From Eledone cirrhosa (lineage: Eukaryota), in assembly GCA_964016885.1 (NCBI GenBank), contig OZ024753.1, positions 32,488,001-32,552,000 on the forward strand: a stretch of DNA of 64,000 nt, in the 5' to 3' direction. The stretch's first letter is position 1; every line of letters starts with the position of its first letter. The translations under genes were made by a program, and so were the position numbers. A model generated the notes under the pieces. It searched no databases, had not been told where the DNA came from, and saw nothing but the letters and a program-made list of their open reading frames with translations. Shown here in pieces: positions 14,891 to 28,681 of this stretch.

Positions 14891-17800
14891 TCCCTTGTGA
14901 ATAAATTATAAATACTTACATAGCACATCACCGTTTACAATGTGTATGTCCACCGTTGTTTTGGTGTTGTTTCTATTATATGGAAAATATTCTCCATTGG
15001 ATTATATAAGATAATATAAGATAGTTTCAATTCAAATATATTTCAAGAAAAATTACGATGTTTGCCGCATTAACTTGCTTGCTTATATTGTTTAGCCACG
15101 ATTTAAGTTTGGCCAATACTTTATTCACAATAATCAGGCATTGAATTAATTGTAGGAATCTATACAAAAACACAAATGAATGGAAAAGAAAGTAATTACT
15201 TCCAGCAGGATTTTTGATCATTTGCTTAAATGGCATGTAAACCATAAAAGGCCAACTAAATGCAGGACAGGGTATCATTTTAATGAGGTTTGCTACTCTA
15301 AAAATTGAAGTTATCGCAGCTAGATAGGCAACTTTCTAAATGTGAATGAACACTAATATCGACACATCATCACGAAGGTCGCTGTTTTATGTGTATGTGT
15401 GTATTTGTGCGTGTCTCTATTTCTGTCTGTGAGTTTTTCTTTTCATCCAACATGTACAGAGACGGAATATATTCAGACATACTTATACAGAAAGCTGCAT
15501 GCATAGAAATGGTTTTTAGTTATTTCGAATTAATCTTAGCCTCTGATACTTGAGAATATGCCTAATGAAATACACTATTGCTTTTTGAATATAATGGGGT
15601 CTATATTCCGCTGTTCTGGTCAGGTAGGGGTCATTAATGTATAACTGCCCTCTTTTATTGCAATGAATAATTCATTTATATGTAAAAGAAAGCAATAGAA
15701 TAGACAGATGACATCATGCCGGTAGCTGATTGTATTTCACTGTGTTATTGAATCTATTACATAAAGTTTAACACGGTCAGTTAATGCAGCGTGATAATAA
15801 TTTGAATAGACAGGACGAACATAGCTTTAGATTAAAGCAGTGAATTGGTAAAGTTATTAGAACGTTGAACAAAAAGGTTTTTATACTAGGCTTTTACATT
15901 GAGTTCAAATGCCACCGCGGTCAACTCTATCTTTTATCATTTCACGCATGATAATGACTGGAGTGGATATAATCGACTTCACATGCACAAGCTATTGCTG
16001 CACTTGAGCTTAAATTAGAAATCATTGTATAATATATTGCAGTACATAGTCAGTTAAAGCTGAGTGGCAATAATCAAATGTTGTAAGCTCGGACGAGGAA
16101 TGGGCTACATTTTATGGAAGAAGAAAATTGCTAGATTCGTTAGAGCGTTCAATAAACTTCCTAACGGTTTTGTTCCATCGTTCTGAGTTTAAAATCTCAT
16201 CCAGGTTAACTTTGCTTTTTATCCTTGCATTGTATTGGCTTTCCTAAAACGAATATTATTCATTATATCAGTGGGTGTGCAATTGAATGACAGTTTTCCC
16301 CGTACCTCTTCTCTGAGCTACCCCAATTATCATATTTTTCTAGTGTTTGCGAAAGCTGAAGACGATGGAATCTCCACATATTATCTTCCCCCAAGATGCC
16401 AAGAATTTTTGTCCTCTGTATACCATAACAAAATCAGTAATTTACTTGACCCGATATTAATATTGGCTTGCACAAATTTAATACTTTCATCATCTGAATT
16501 CTTAGAGGGATGTGTTTTCTCAGCCATGATTTCGATCTTCGGTTGAAGTGAACCAGCGTCCTTTTTCATAATATAATAGAATGACGTGAACCGAATTCTA
16601 TTCCTTTTGCTATATCAGCTACTTTCAATCTTAACTATCCGGTGTTTTGTTTCTAGATGATATAATCCAACGCGTACTTGCATTTTTAAATTGGCTTTAA
16701 GGTGTAACATGAAGGACAATTGACTGGAATTCCTTGTCGATTGAGCGTCAACATATGTTTTCAGTCATTGGTCGTTAATCCTGGTGTTTTTTCCATATAT
16801 ACATCTAACAAATGAAAATGTAGGTATTTATTTATTATCTAACTCCTACAATTCAAGTAAAGCTATGGTGTGAATCTATTCCCATCCTAATCCATTCATA
16901 CTGTCAAATTAAAACAGTTTCTTTCCATCAGTTCTCTAACTAATTTGGTAACAACTTTACAAATGTCCAGTTACTCTAAATGCCTCGGCATTCAGACCCA
17001 CGTAAATGCAATCGATCTACTATATCTTTCAGAACAATATCTCTCGAGGGATATATTAGACTAACCTCTCTCCTATATATCCTTCATATTTATTAGATAT
17101 ATTATAATGATATCGATAGCATGATGTATGAACATGACGTTAATTTATATAATGGTTAACCATACCCTAAAGAGCAAATTGCCTTTGCTTTTTTTACTCC
17201 ATAACCTTTTCACTGTTTCAGAACCATGAAGTAGTCACCTAAAGTAACAAAGAAATCGAATGCATATTTTTCTAAACGTAGATATATAATATTAACCCTT
17301 ACAAATATAAATTACCAACTTAGTTGATATGCAACATTCTCTTCTGCCACAGAATATGTTTATACTCTTTGAAGATGCCATATATCATTCTTACGTAACT
17401 TAAGTGCCAATAAACGGGAAATATATTCTAATTCAATATCTTATTTTTTTCCATCGTATATGCATGCAAGAGATATGAGTATTTTCGGTTATACTATCCA
17501 TAAAAAAATGTTTCATATTAGAGAATCCTCGTATAAACTTTAAAATTTTCAATATTATAAAATGTTCAATATTAGAGAAACCTCATATAAACTTTAAAAT
17601 TTTCAATATTATATCCACACAAATGGAGACCCTTTGTCGTCAGATACTCTACAGGTAAACATATCTCTAATTCGCACCAATTAGAGGTTTACATTAATCT
17701 AATTAAGAATCAATCCTCAATTGCATTTCCTGCTGACATCAGTAGTTTGCACCTCCATAGTAATATTTAATTAGTGATGCACTTAACTATTTGGAAATTA

Positions 17801-18599
17801 AGCCTTTTGACCAGATACAAATAACGCCAGTAAACATATGATTATCTAAGTTAAATATGCAATCTGACTTATAGCTGCGTTAGCTTCTATTTCTAGACAG
17901 GGTCGTTAACACTTGATAGAGTCGTAGGGAATCGTCCTGTTAGATGGCGTGTCTTGCGCATTTTAAACATGGTAGAACCCCTTCAGCTCTAGGCTGGAAC
18001 GATTTCTCTGAGAGCAAAAGAGAGAAAACGAATGAAAGAGACGGGGTGAACTACCGAGAGAAGGGGAGGGAGAGAGTATGTGGGGGTTTAGAGAAGGAAG
18101 TTTAGTACTGTACTGTAATTTTACTAATTTTCCTCGAAATGATGAAAGCAAAGGTTCATTTCGATCGAATCTGAAATCAGAGCACACTGAGCCGGAGAAT
18201 ATACCAATACATTTTAAATATCATACCCTAACAACCCTGGCAATATTTCGCTTATTAGTAAATAGCTATGAGTAAAAAAAACATATCATTATTCAATTAT
18301 GTAATTGCACGGCAGTGATCACTAGAAATTATCTGATTAAGATAACACTTGTTCTATCCGTTCCCACAATGCTACAGAACCAAATGAATGCATCATATGT
18401 AACAATGCAACAAATTGATAGAAAGTTAAGCAAACATTTACTTTATATTTTCACAAAACTTTCCATCAAAAGATGAAAGGCAATTCCTCATCAATCATTA
18501 TTTATCGATTTCAAACATATGTACAATACTGTAACCAGTTTATAGAAACATAAATTGTTGCCAATAGTTAAAATTATGACTCATCTTTCTAGAAAAGTT

Positions 18600-18737
18600 A
18601 GCTTCAAAATCTGGCTTCAGTCCTTTAAAATCTGCTGGCTTTAAAATCTGGCTTCAGTCCTTTAAAATCTGCTGGCTTTAACATCTGGTTTCAGTCCTTT
18701 AAAATCTGCTGGCTTTAAAATCTGGTTTCAGTCCTTT
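18600..18737. repeat. 37-bp minisatellite, ~3.7 copies
   Basis: Unit ttaaaatctggcttcagtcctttaaaatctgctggct. Confidence 0.9.
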
Positions 18738-19132
18738 GAAACAAACGTTTATTGCCTGCCATATTCGTTAATTGTAATTATCAGTATGTATATATGCATC
18801 TGCACGAATATGGAAAAGCATTTATTCAAAATATTGATATACTGTAAACACGATTGAGCGAAGTTTGATTGTATTAATTAAGGAGTTTCCCTATTACCGA
18901 GACTTTTCTTTGTGTGTGAAACAGTAGCCTTCTTAAATCCATAAATTTCCTCAATTTATAATTCTATTAAAGTTTACAGACTTTCACAGCCCAATCTTTG
19001 GAGTGTGAATGATACTATTAATATAATGTATTATTTTAATGGTTTGCAGTTGTCGGGAATAGCATGAAGTAATAGCATGAACGTTTTGTAAAAATATTAT
19101 TCATCAGTTGAAGAATGCCTATTTTTCATAAT

Positions 19133-19521
19133 AAATGTTTACACGTTTCACTGTATTAAATATGTTTACCGCAGCAATACACACAGATTGTTATAATATT
19201 TTTGTCTATTGTTATTGAGTGCTTTACACATTACATATGTGCTTACTTTCAAGAGAAAGATATTTACATGTACGCTGCTTATCTGCTTATATTTTGATAT
19301 AAGTAAAGCTTCCACAGTTATTCGTTTTGATTTTATTGGGATTCTATACAACATTATACAGTATTGAAACTAATCATAATGCTGAATATATATTTCTCAT
19401 GAAAGCAAGCAGATATTTAATGTGTAAAGCACTCAACAGAAATAGACAAAAATAAAATATCAATCTGTGGGTGTATTGTTGTGGTAAACATATTTAACAC
19501 AATGAAACGTATTAGACATTT
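19133..19521. repeat. diverged ~135-bp inverted repeat (old MITE or foldback element)
   Basis: acgtttca..ttaaatatgtttacc..gagtgctttacacatta mirrored by taatgtgtaaagcactc..ggtaaacatatttaa..tgaaacgt. Confidence 0.75.
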
Positions 19522-19645
19522 CCGCTTATCTGAAGAAACGAGAATTCTTTAAAAAAAACCCATCAACCAAATATATTTCACATAAAAAAGTCATATATAT
19601 TTGTTTGTTGGTGGGTTTGTAGGTGTAGATATACATACATAAATA

Positions 19646-19707
<62 letters not shown>

Positions 19708-19750
19708 ATAAATATGGTGGGTTCGTCAACTCTTTATTATAAATATATAT

Positions 19751-19819
<69 letters not shown>

Positions 19820-20156
19820 TGTTGTATAACCGTAAATACGCGCATGCAATTAATAATCTTGCTCTAATAGTCTCGCTCTGTGTGCATGTTTATATATATA
19901 TATATATAATAGTCGATATGCCTGTCTATGTATACATAGACACACACAGACAGTATAAACACATACACACGCACATCCACTAATAATATACAATGAGAAT
20001 TGTATTCTCCTCAAGTTGACAAAGCATCGTTGTGTGAAATGACACGCCTGTACCACGTATTGTCAGAAGTAGATGAGAAAATAACCACATAATTCTAAAC
20101 ATAGACATTTGTGATATACAAGTAGTTCTAACTAGATACAAAAACACTATATAAAT

Positions 20157-20332
20157 TACATATATATATATATGTGTGTCTGTATGTATATATAATTATC
20201 TATGTATATATATATTATGTATATATATATGTATATATATATGTATATACATATATATACACATATATACATACACACATATACACACATATATATACAC
20301 ATAGACATATATATATATATATACACATAGAC

Positions 20333-20363
<31 letters not shown>

Positions 20364-20702
20364 TATATGTATGTAAATATACATACATATATATATATAC
20401 AAATATACATATACATATATATATGTATGCAAATATACATACATATATATATGTATGCAAATATACATATACATATATATATGTATGCAAATATACATAC
20501 ATATATATATGTATGCAAATATACATACATATATATATATATACAAATATACATACATATATATATATATATACAAATATACATACATATATATATATAT
20601 ATATACAAATATGCATACATATATATATATATATACAAATATACATACATATATATATATATATACAAATATACATACATATATATATATATATATACAT
20701 AT

Positions 20703-20737
<35 letters not shown>

Positions 20738-20742
20738 CAAAT

Positions 20743-20775
<33 letters not shown>

Positions 20776-20812
20776 CAAATATACATACATATATATATAT
20801 ATATATACAAAT

Positions 20813-20863
<51 letters not shown>

Positions 20864-20915
20864 AATATACATACACATATATATATATATACATATATAT
20901 TTGTGTATATATGTA
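20157..20915. repeat. compound (TA)n/CAAATATACATACA tandem array
   Basis: Direct reading. Confidence 0.9.
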
Positions 20916-20919
20916 TGTG

Positions 20920-21097
20920 TTGAGGTTGTGAGTTCAATTCCTGGACCGGGCGATGCGTTATGTCCTTGAGCAAGACACTTTATTTCACATTGTTCCTTGT
21001 ACCTGTAGTTGCGACCGATAGATAGTACTAGCAACTGGAAAGACCAATGGAAACATTGCTTCCACGGCCCGATTTGACGAAAGTCGATCGATCCTTT
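20920..21097 (+). mobile_element. SINE family A, 5'-truncated
   Basis: Starts just before the B box; colinear with the 12469-12688 copy. Confidence 0.85.
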
Positions 21098-21421
21098 TAT
21101 GTATGCGTGTGTGCGTTTTTATACATATTATTTGTAAAATATGCAGCGTTAGAAACTGGCCTGATGGGTTACGTCTAGGCATCCTGAAAGAATATAGAAG
21201 ACTGACAAAGTATATTGCAATATCGATCGCCACAAAAAAAGTATGTTTTGTTCCCATTTTGTCCCATGCAAACATGTTCTTGAACTTACTTTTACTCGTG
21301 TAGTACATCATTCTGTGTGGTGTTACTATGTACCCATGTAATGATAATTCGAGTATTAACTTCAAACTTATTTGTATGTATTCAAAATGACATGAGTCGC
21401 AATCAAATTACTATAAATACA

Positions 21422-21915
21422 TTGTGTCAATAAAGTATTATTTAGAGTTGTGCCAATAAAGTATTATTTAGAGTTGTGCCAATAAAGTATTATTTAGAGT
21501 TGTGCCAATAAAGTATTATTTTGAGTTGTGCCAATAAAGTATTATTTAGAGTTGTGTCAATAAAGTATTATTTAGAGTTGTGCCAATAAAGTATTATTTA
21601 GAGTTGTGCCAATAAAGTATTATTTAGAATTGTGTCAATAAAGTATTATTTAGAGTTGTGCCAATAAAGTATTATTTAGAATTGTGCCAATAAAGTATTA
21701 TTTAGAGTTGTGCCAATAAAGTATTATTTAGAGTTGTGCCAATAAAGTATTATTTAGAGTTGTGCCAATAAAGTATTATTTAGAGTTGTGCCAATAAAGT
21801 ATTATTTAGAGTTGTGCCAATAAAGTATTATTTAGAGTTGTGCCAATAAAGTATTATTTAGAGTTGTGCCAATAACGTATTATTTAGAGTTGTGCCAATA
21901 AAGTATTATTTAGAA
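21422..21915. repeat. 26-bp minisatellite, ~19 near-identical copies
   Basis: Unit aataaagtattatttagagttgtgcc, no spacers. Confidence 0.97.
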
Positions 21916-21937
21916 ATCTATTTAAAAATATACCATT

Positions 21938-22152
21938 CTGGTGAGCAGAGAATTGGATTCACAATCGTGAGGTTACATGTTCGATTGCCAGACTGGGCGA
22001 TGTGCTATGTCCCTGAGCATGACACTTTATTTCACTTTGCTCTTTTTGTGAGCGGGAGATAGTACAACAATGGAAACACCATTGGAAACACCAATAGAAA
22101 CATTGTTTCCTTCGGCTGGTTTGAGGATATCCACTTTTGTCGACCGATTTGA
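21938..22152 (+). mobile_element. SINE family A, diverged
   Basis: agagaattggattcacaatcgtgaggtt..gttcgatt..gacactttatttcac similarity to the other copies. Confidence 0.75.
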
Positions 22153-22362
22153 TTGATTAATAGTGATATTAACAAATATTTGAAAAGAAATCCTTTCGCT
22201 AAAACATTGTTCTTGAGTTACTTATATTTCTATATTTATTTCACGGCCATGCTAGAATGGTGTATTAATGATTCTGTTTCAGTTCATTTACAATAACAGA
22301 TTTACAAAAGGCTTTTTTCCTTTGTACGAACAACCAATAACATCCTACAGACACAAAGTTTA

Positions 22363-22443
<81 letters not shown>

Positions 22444-22538
22444 CATATCTAAATAGGTATGTACGTATCCAAATACATATATATATTGTTTTATACACAA
22501 TATATACGAATGTATACATACATATCTATATACACATC

Positions 22539-22595
<57 letters not shown>

Positions 22596-22931
22596 TTGTG
22601 TGTGTGTATGTGTGTGTGTGGGGGGGGGGGGTATAATTAAGAACAATACATATAAACAATATAATCATTATATCGAGATGTCTTTCTTAAGTAGCACGTT
22701 GTATAAAAATATTGTCTCGGATTCTAAGAGTTTAAATACTCACGATAGAACAAATATTTGAATTGCTAGTCATAAATATTATACTATAATTTTCTTTCGG
22801 GAGACGTCTCCGGGAAATTTAGACAACAACTAGAAGATAAATTAATGTATCAGGGGAATTTCTCAACTAAATAGAAGAATTTAACAGTTTCTCTCAGTTG
22901 CTGCTTTGCTTCATATATTGTGTTGTTGTTG

Positions 22932-22963
<32 letters not shown>

Positions 22964-23049
22964 GTTACTATTTTGTTATTGTTTCTAGCGGCATCATTCT
23001 AAATATCTCTATCGTGTGCTCACGCGTGTGTGTATGTATGTACGTATGA

Positions 23050-23167
<118 letters not shown>

Positions 23168-24257
23168 ACGCTTCTTTTGTTCTTTGAATTAAAGCCATTG
23201 TTGTGTGTATCTCTTTGTTAAGCTGCTTCTGGCATTACGTTGGTTCTGCGGAAATACACACAGCACTGCGCTAAACCCAAAGTAATTCACTCTTTATATA
23301 CACCACATTCTATACAATGAGTTCACATCTAGTTTGAGTTAACCCTGACTCTGAATTACTGATAAATATTGTGTTTTTATTTTTCTTGTTGTTAAAGTCA
23401 CAGAGAAGGTTGAGCAGAGATACAATGAAAAGCATTCCAGCCATGGACATCCCGTCTTTTCTTTAGTCAGTGTATCTAATTTCAGTATATCTAATTTCAT
23501 CTGTCAGACGATACACTAAACTAGGCAACAACATTTGCATAATAACGTTCCGGTGGGTGTATATATAATATATACAGTGTATATATAAGGTACAGAGTAC
23601 AACATTACACACACGTGTACAGCGGCTACCATTCTATTTAGCTACCTTCCCCACTCCCATATTTGTGACCATTCATTTATTTCAGAAATCATGTTTGCAC
23701 CGAGGGTGAAAAAAACTATTAAATTACTGAGATTTATACAAATATTTATACTGTCCTCCGCCCAAATCGAAGGCGTCGTGTCTCTGTCACATATTACTTC
23801 TACTGTATTACAATCTTACCATGGTTACAGTTGCTACTGACCAAATAATTATTGTCGCTACCGTTCCAGCTGTTGATTTTACAGTGATTGCTAGATGCAC
23901 AACCACCACCACTAGTACAACTACTGCCAGCTCCACCAACTATTACTTCAACCACCATTACCACGCGCTTTCTACTATTACTTACCCCCCCCCCCACCAC
24001 CACCACCACTACCACCATCACTACCATCTCTACTACTTCAACTACCACTACACTGCGTCTTCTTTCTCTCTATTGGTACGGTATAGTCCCCTAACACCCA
24101 ATATAGTCGTAGGGGCACCGTATTGACATACGGCGTTTCTTAGATATTTTATGCCTGGCGCAACCCATCCCTCTGAAAGCCTGGGTACAGCAGATTTATT
24201 CCAGAGAAAGATAGAAAGTGAGAGCGAGAAAATGAGAAGGAGATATAGAGGAAGAAT

Positions 24258-24408
24258 AGGCCCAAGTATTAGACTGGTACGTTTTTTACCGACTCCGAAA
24301 GGTTAAAATGCAAAGTTGACCTCGGCGGGATTTGAACTCAGAGAGCAGGAACGAATACCATAAAGCATTGTATCGGACGTTCTAACGACTCTGCAAATTC
24401 GCTGCCTT
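24258..24408 (-). mobile_element. SINE, family B-related
   Basis: caaagttgacctcggcgggatttgaactcag core. Confidence 0.7.
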
Positions 24409-25380
24409 TCTCTCTATTGCTCCTCCTATATAACTGCCACTCCGTCGTGTAGCTGTTCATTCTTACTAATACCATAGTTACTAAAAATCTAACAGACAAT
24501 GCTGCCGTTGATATTAAAGTTATGCTGGAAGTTGTTGGCCGTGTCGCATTAACTGATTATACAAGCCATATGAATATGATTTTCAATTTATTGAAATAGC
24601 CTTGACTCTAATCCACCTTTCTTTAATTCGTCCATTATTAACAGATATTGGTTCATCGCAGACCTTTAGCCAAACATTAATCATGCAAGAAATTAAAGTA
24701 GTCTCAACAGCGACACGTGTATAATTTGATTGGCATATTTAGCGATGCGATTATCAATATCGTAATCATTTGCTATGTGTATTATGAGAAGAAATGCTGC
24801 TATTCAGAGAAAATGACGAAAGTCGCTGGTAGTAGAGCTGAGATAACATAATAGTCGGCTGTGATGTGGGGTTTTTAACATTTAGTGAATGGTGTGGATT
24901 CAGTCAAGCAGCAATAATTCTTGTTTACTTCAGTTATGTTCCCATACGTCATTAAATGGTCTTCGTCTTAGGAAAGACTTGAAGCATCTAACCATGATTT
25001 ACTATTCATGTGAATCTCAGCAGCTATAATTATAGTGAAAAATTAACCACCAGATAAGGTAAATGTTGGATTATTTATTAGCGTTTTATTGTATAAACCT
25101 ATCTAATGATAGTGGTATTTTATAAGAGGGTTGGTGCAACACGTCTTCTATTCAGATGTGGATAATGTTAGAAATGTCTAATCATTTCATATTACTTCTT
25201 TAAATAAAGCTAACCAATAGCACACAGAAATCGAAATGTGGTAAAAACATCGATGCACGAATATCAAGATGGACCAGCGCTGCTGTTTATGGTGAGATAA
25301 TAGTGTACTGTGTTCACATTTAGTGTTGGAATCAGTAAAGCAGCATTAATTTCTATTTACACACGTCATTATATAGTCAT

Positions 25381-25572
25381 AGCGCGGTGAATTGGCAGTA
25401 TCGGTAGAGGGTTGGACGCCTTGCTTTCCAGCAAAGTTACGTCCCTTTACGGTCTGGGGTTCAAATCCCGTCGAGGTTAACTTTGCCTTTGATCCTTACG
25501 GAGTCGATAAAATAAAGTACCAGTAATGTACTGGGTAATTTGCTGGCCTTGTGCCAAAAGTAGAAACAATTA
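25381..25572 (+). mobile_element. tRNA-like SINE family B (full length)
   Basis: TGGCAGTATCGG A-box-like, GGTTCAAATCC B box, tail gctggccttgtgccaaaagtagaaacaattat. Multiple copies in the window. Confidence 0.85.
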
Positions 25573-25681
25573 TATAGTCATAGCAAAGATACGAACCATC
25601 AAGCCTTGATATACATACATGTACATGTATGTATATCAACACACACACACACACACAAAAAACACAAAAACACACACACAC

Positions 25682-25730
<49 letters not shown>

Positions 25731-26077
25731 AAAAATAGATAATTTAACCTCCGAAATTTTCGAAATCAGGGATTAGAAAGCCGAACCAAATACCGCAAGG
25801 CATGTTTGTCCTACACGCATACGATTCCAAAGATTTGCCGATTCTGTTACTCCATTGTGTGAAATCTTAATTAAGTTTAAGTATCATGAACATGTGAAAA
25901 AACTGTTGATAAAGCTATTAAAGAGAACTATATAAACATTCAACACTCATTTCTTGGTTATTCTCATTTCAGACTTAACGCAGCTCACGAAGTGCTAACT
26001 ATCAGGTGAGAGAATCAGGTGAGAGAAGTAATCAATGTATAATGAATTAAAATATTTGCTTTTTAATCGATGCTGCG

Positions 26078-26114
<37 letters not shown>

Positions 26115-26233
26115 TATATATATATAAATAGATAAATTTTCCATTTATCGTTTTCGGTGCACCCGGCCGATTAACCCACTCGATATGCAAATTGGGCTAC
26201 TCAGCCGTTAATATGCATAAGGTAAGTATATAC

Positions 26234-26320
26234 GTTCAACAATCTGGCAGGAAGGTATACGTTGCTGACGATAGCTAATAAGCTTGAAACTAGTACAGCG
26301 TTCCTTTGTCAGTGTTGAAC
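26234..26320 (+). ncRNA. minimal type-I hammerhead ribozyme with long extended stem I
   Basis: acgttg-CTGACGA-tagct aata agctt-GAAA-ctag-TA-cagcgt. Palindromic stem III (actagt); distal pairing gttcaaca/tgttgaac. Confidence 0.85.
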
Positions 26321-26799
26321 AAACGAGCAACGATGGTTGCTAGACACTACGGCTTAATACGGGATGTTTGTTTACAAACACACCGAGTATTATAATAAAT
26401 GTTCGGTGAATCCATACGTACATATATATATGTGTGCATGTATGTATATATATATACATACTACTGTACGTCTGTATACATATATGTATGCAGGTGTACA
26501 TACTTATATTTAAGTAACAGCCGTACTAAGAGTGGGAAATGAAATTTCGTTTCATTTTTTCCGTTATATATAAATATATATGTATATAAAAATATATATA
26601 AATGTATATATATAAATATATATGTATATAAAAATATATATAAATGTATATATATAAATAGATATAAATATATTTATATATAAATATATATATATATAAA
26701 TATATATATATATAAATATATATATATATAAATATATATATATAAATAAATATATATATAAATATATAGTTATGTAATAAACAACATAAGGCAATTATA

Positions 26800-26856
26800 T
26801 CATTTACCAGTGGTTTCTTAAAAGCAAATAGATTTTGCTTTCAATCATCAGAATGA
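26800..26856 (-). ncRNA. type-I hammerhead ribozyme (left arm)
   Basis: Reverse complement of the 26905-26961 fold. Confidence 0.85.
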
Positions 26857-26904
26857 GAAAATCCTGGTGTATTTATTAAAGTCAATAAATACACCAGGAT
26901 TTTC

Positions 26905-26961
26905 TCATTCTGATGATTGAAAGCAAAATCTTTTTGCTTTTAAGAAACCACTGGTAAATGA
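26905..26961 (+). ncRNA. type-I hammerhead ribozyme (right arm)
   Basis: tcatt-CTGATGA-ttgaaagcaaaa tct ttttgcttttaa-GAAA-ccactgg-TA-aatga. Confidence 0.88.
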
Positions 26962-27371
26962 TATAATTAAATTATGTTGTTTATTACATAACTATAAGCT
27001 CTGTTACCTACATAGAGCACTCTTTGTTCCTGGACTTTTCCGACGGAATTACTTCATTTATAAATATATATATATAAATATATATAAGTATATATATAAA
27101 TATATATAAATATATATATATATATATGTAAATATATATATATATATATGTAAATATATATATATATAAATATATATAAATATATATATATAAATAAATA
27201 TAAATATATATATAAAATAAATATAAATATATATATATAAATATATATATATAAATATATATATAAATAAATATAAATAAATAAATATATATATATAAAT
27301 ATATATAAATATATATAAATATAAATATATATCTATATAAATATATATATATATATATATAAATATATATC

Positions 27372-27403
<32 letters not shown>

Positions 27404-27748
27404 AATATATATATATATAAATATATATATATATAAATATATATCTATATAAACATATATATATAAATATATATCTATATAAATATATATATATATATAT
27501 AAATATATATCTATATAAATATATATCTATATAAATATATATCTATATAAATATATATCTATATAAATATATATCTATATATAGATATATCTATATATAG
27601 ATGTAGATATATATAAATATGCTGTTAGCTTCTCGCTAAAACAATCTCTATACCTCTCATTTATATATATAAATATATATACATAAAAATATATATATAT
27701 ATAAATATATAAATATATATATATAAATATATAAATATATATATAAAT

Positions 27749-27779
<31 letters not shown>

Positions 27780-27802
27780 AATATATAAATATATATATAA
27801 AT

Positions 27803-27833
<31 letters not shown>

Positions 27834-27915
27834 AATATATATATATAAATATATATAAATATATATAATATATAAATATATATAAATATATATATATAAA
27901 TATATATAAATATAA

Positions 27916-27948
<33 letters not shown>

Positions 27949-27958
27949 GATATATATT

Positions 27959-27994
<36 letters not shown>

Positions 27995-28099
27995 TATATA
28001 TATAAATATATATAGATATATATTTATAAATATATATATATATATATAAATATATATATACATATATAAATATATATATACATAAATATACATATATAA

Positions 28100-28130
<31 letters not shown>

Positions 28131-28293
28131 AATATATAGTAGAATAATCGAGTATCGAAAAATCGGCGCACGAGTTCGCGATAAACAAAATATATATATA
28201 ATATATATATATATAAATATGTATATATAAATATATATATATAAATACATATATATATATATATATATAAATATATATATATGTATGTATGTA

Positions 28294-28503
<210 letters not shown>

Positions 28504-28606
28504 ATGTATATATATATATATATATATACGTATATATGTGTGTATGTGTGTGTGTGTACACAAGCCACAATCATAGCAGCATTAAATTACGAATTTCTTT
28601 ATATGA

Positions 28607-28681
<75 letters not shown>

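Larger units (their letters stand above)
26765..27058. mobile_element. palindromic HHR-bearing element (arms 26765-26877 / 26884-26996, plus 3' tail)
   Basis: Near-perfect inverted repeat with a 6-nt spacer; a third family copy is at 46866-47252. Confidence 0.9.

Noticed and set aside
21422-21915. CRISPR-like repeat array
   Set aside because: No spacers, no cas genes, eukaryotic context.
23800-24126. Thr/His/Val-rich ORFs
   Set aside because: Degenerate (ACC/ACT)n trinucleotide repeat.
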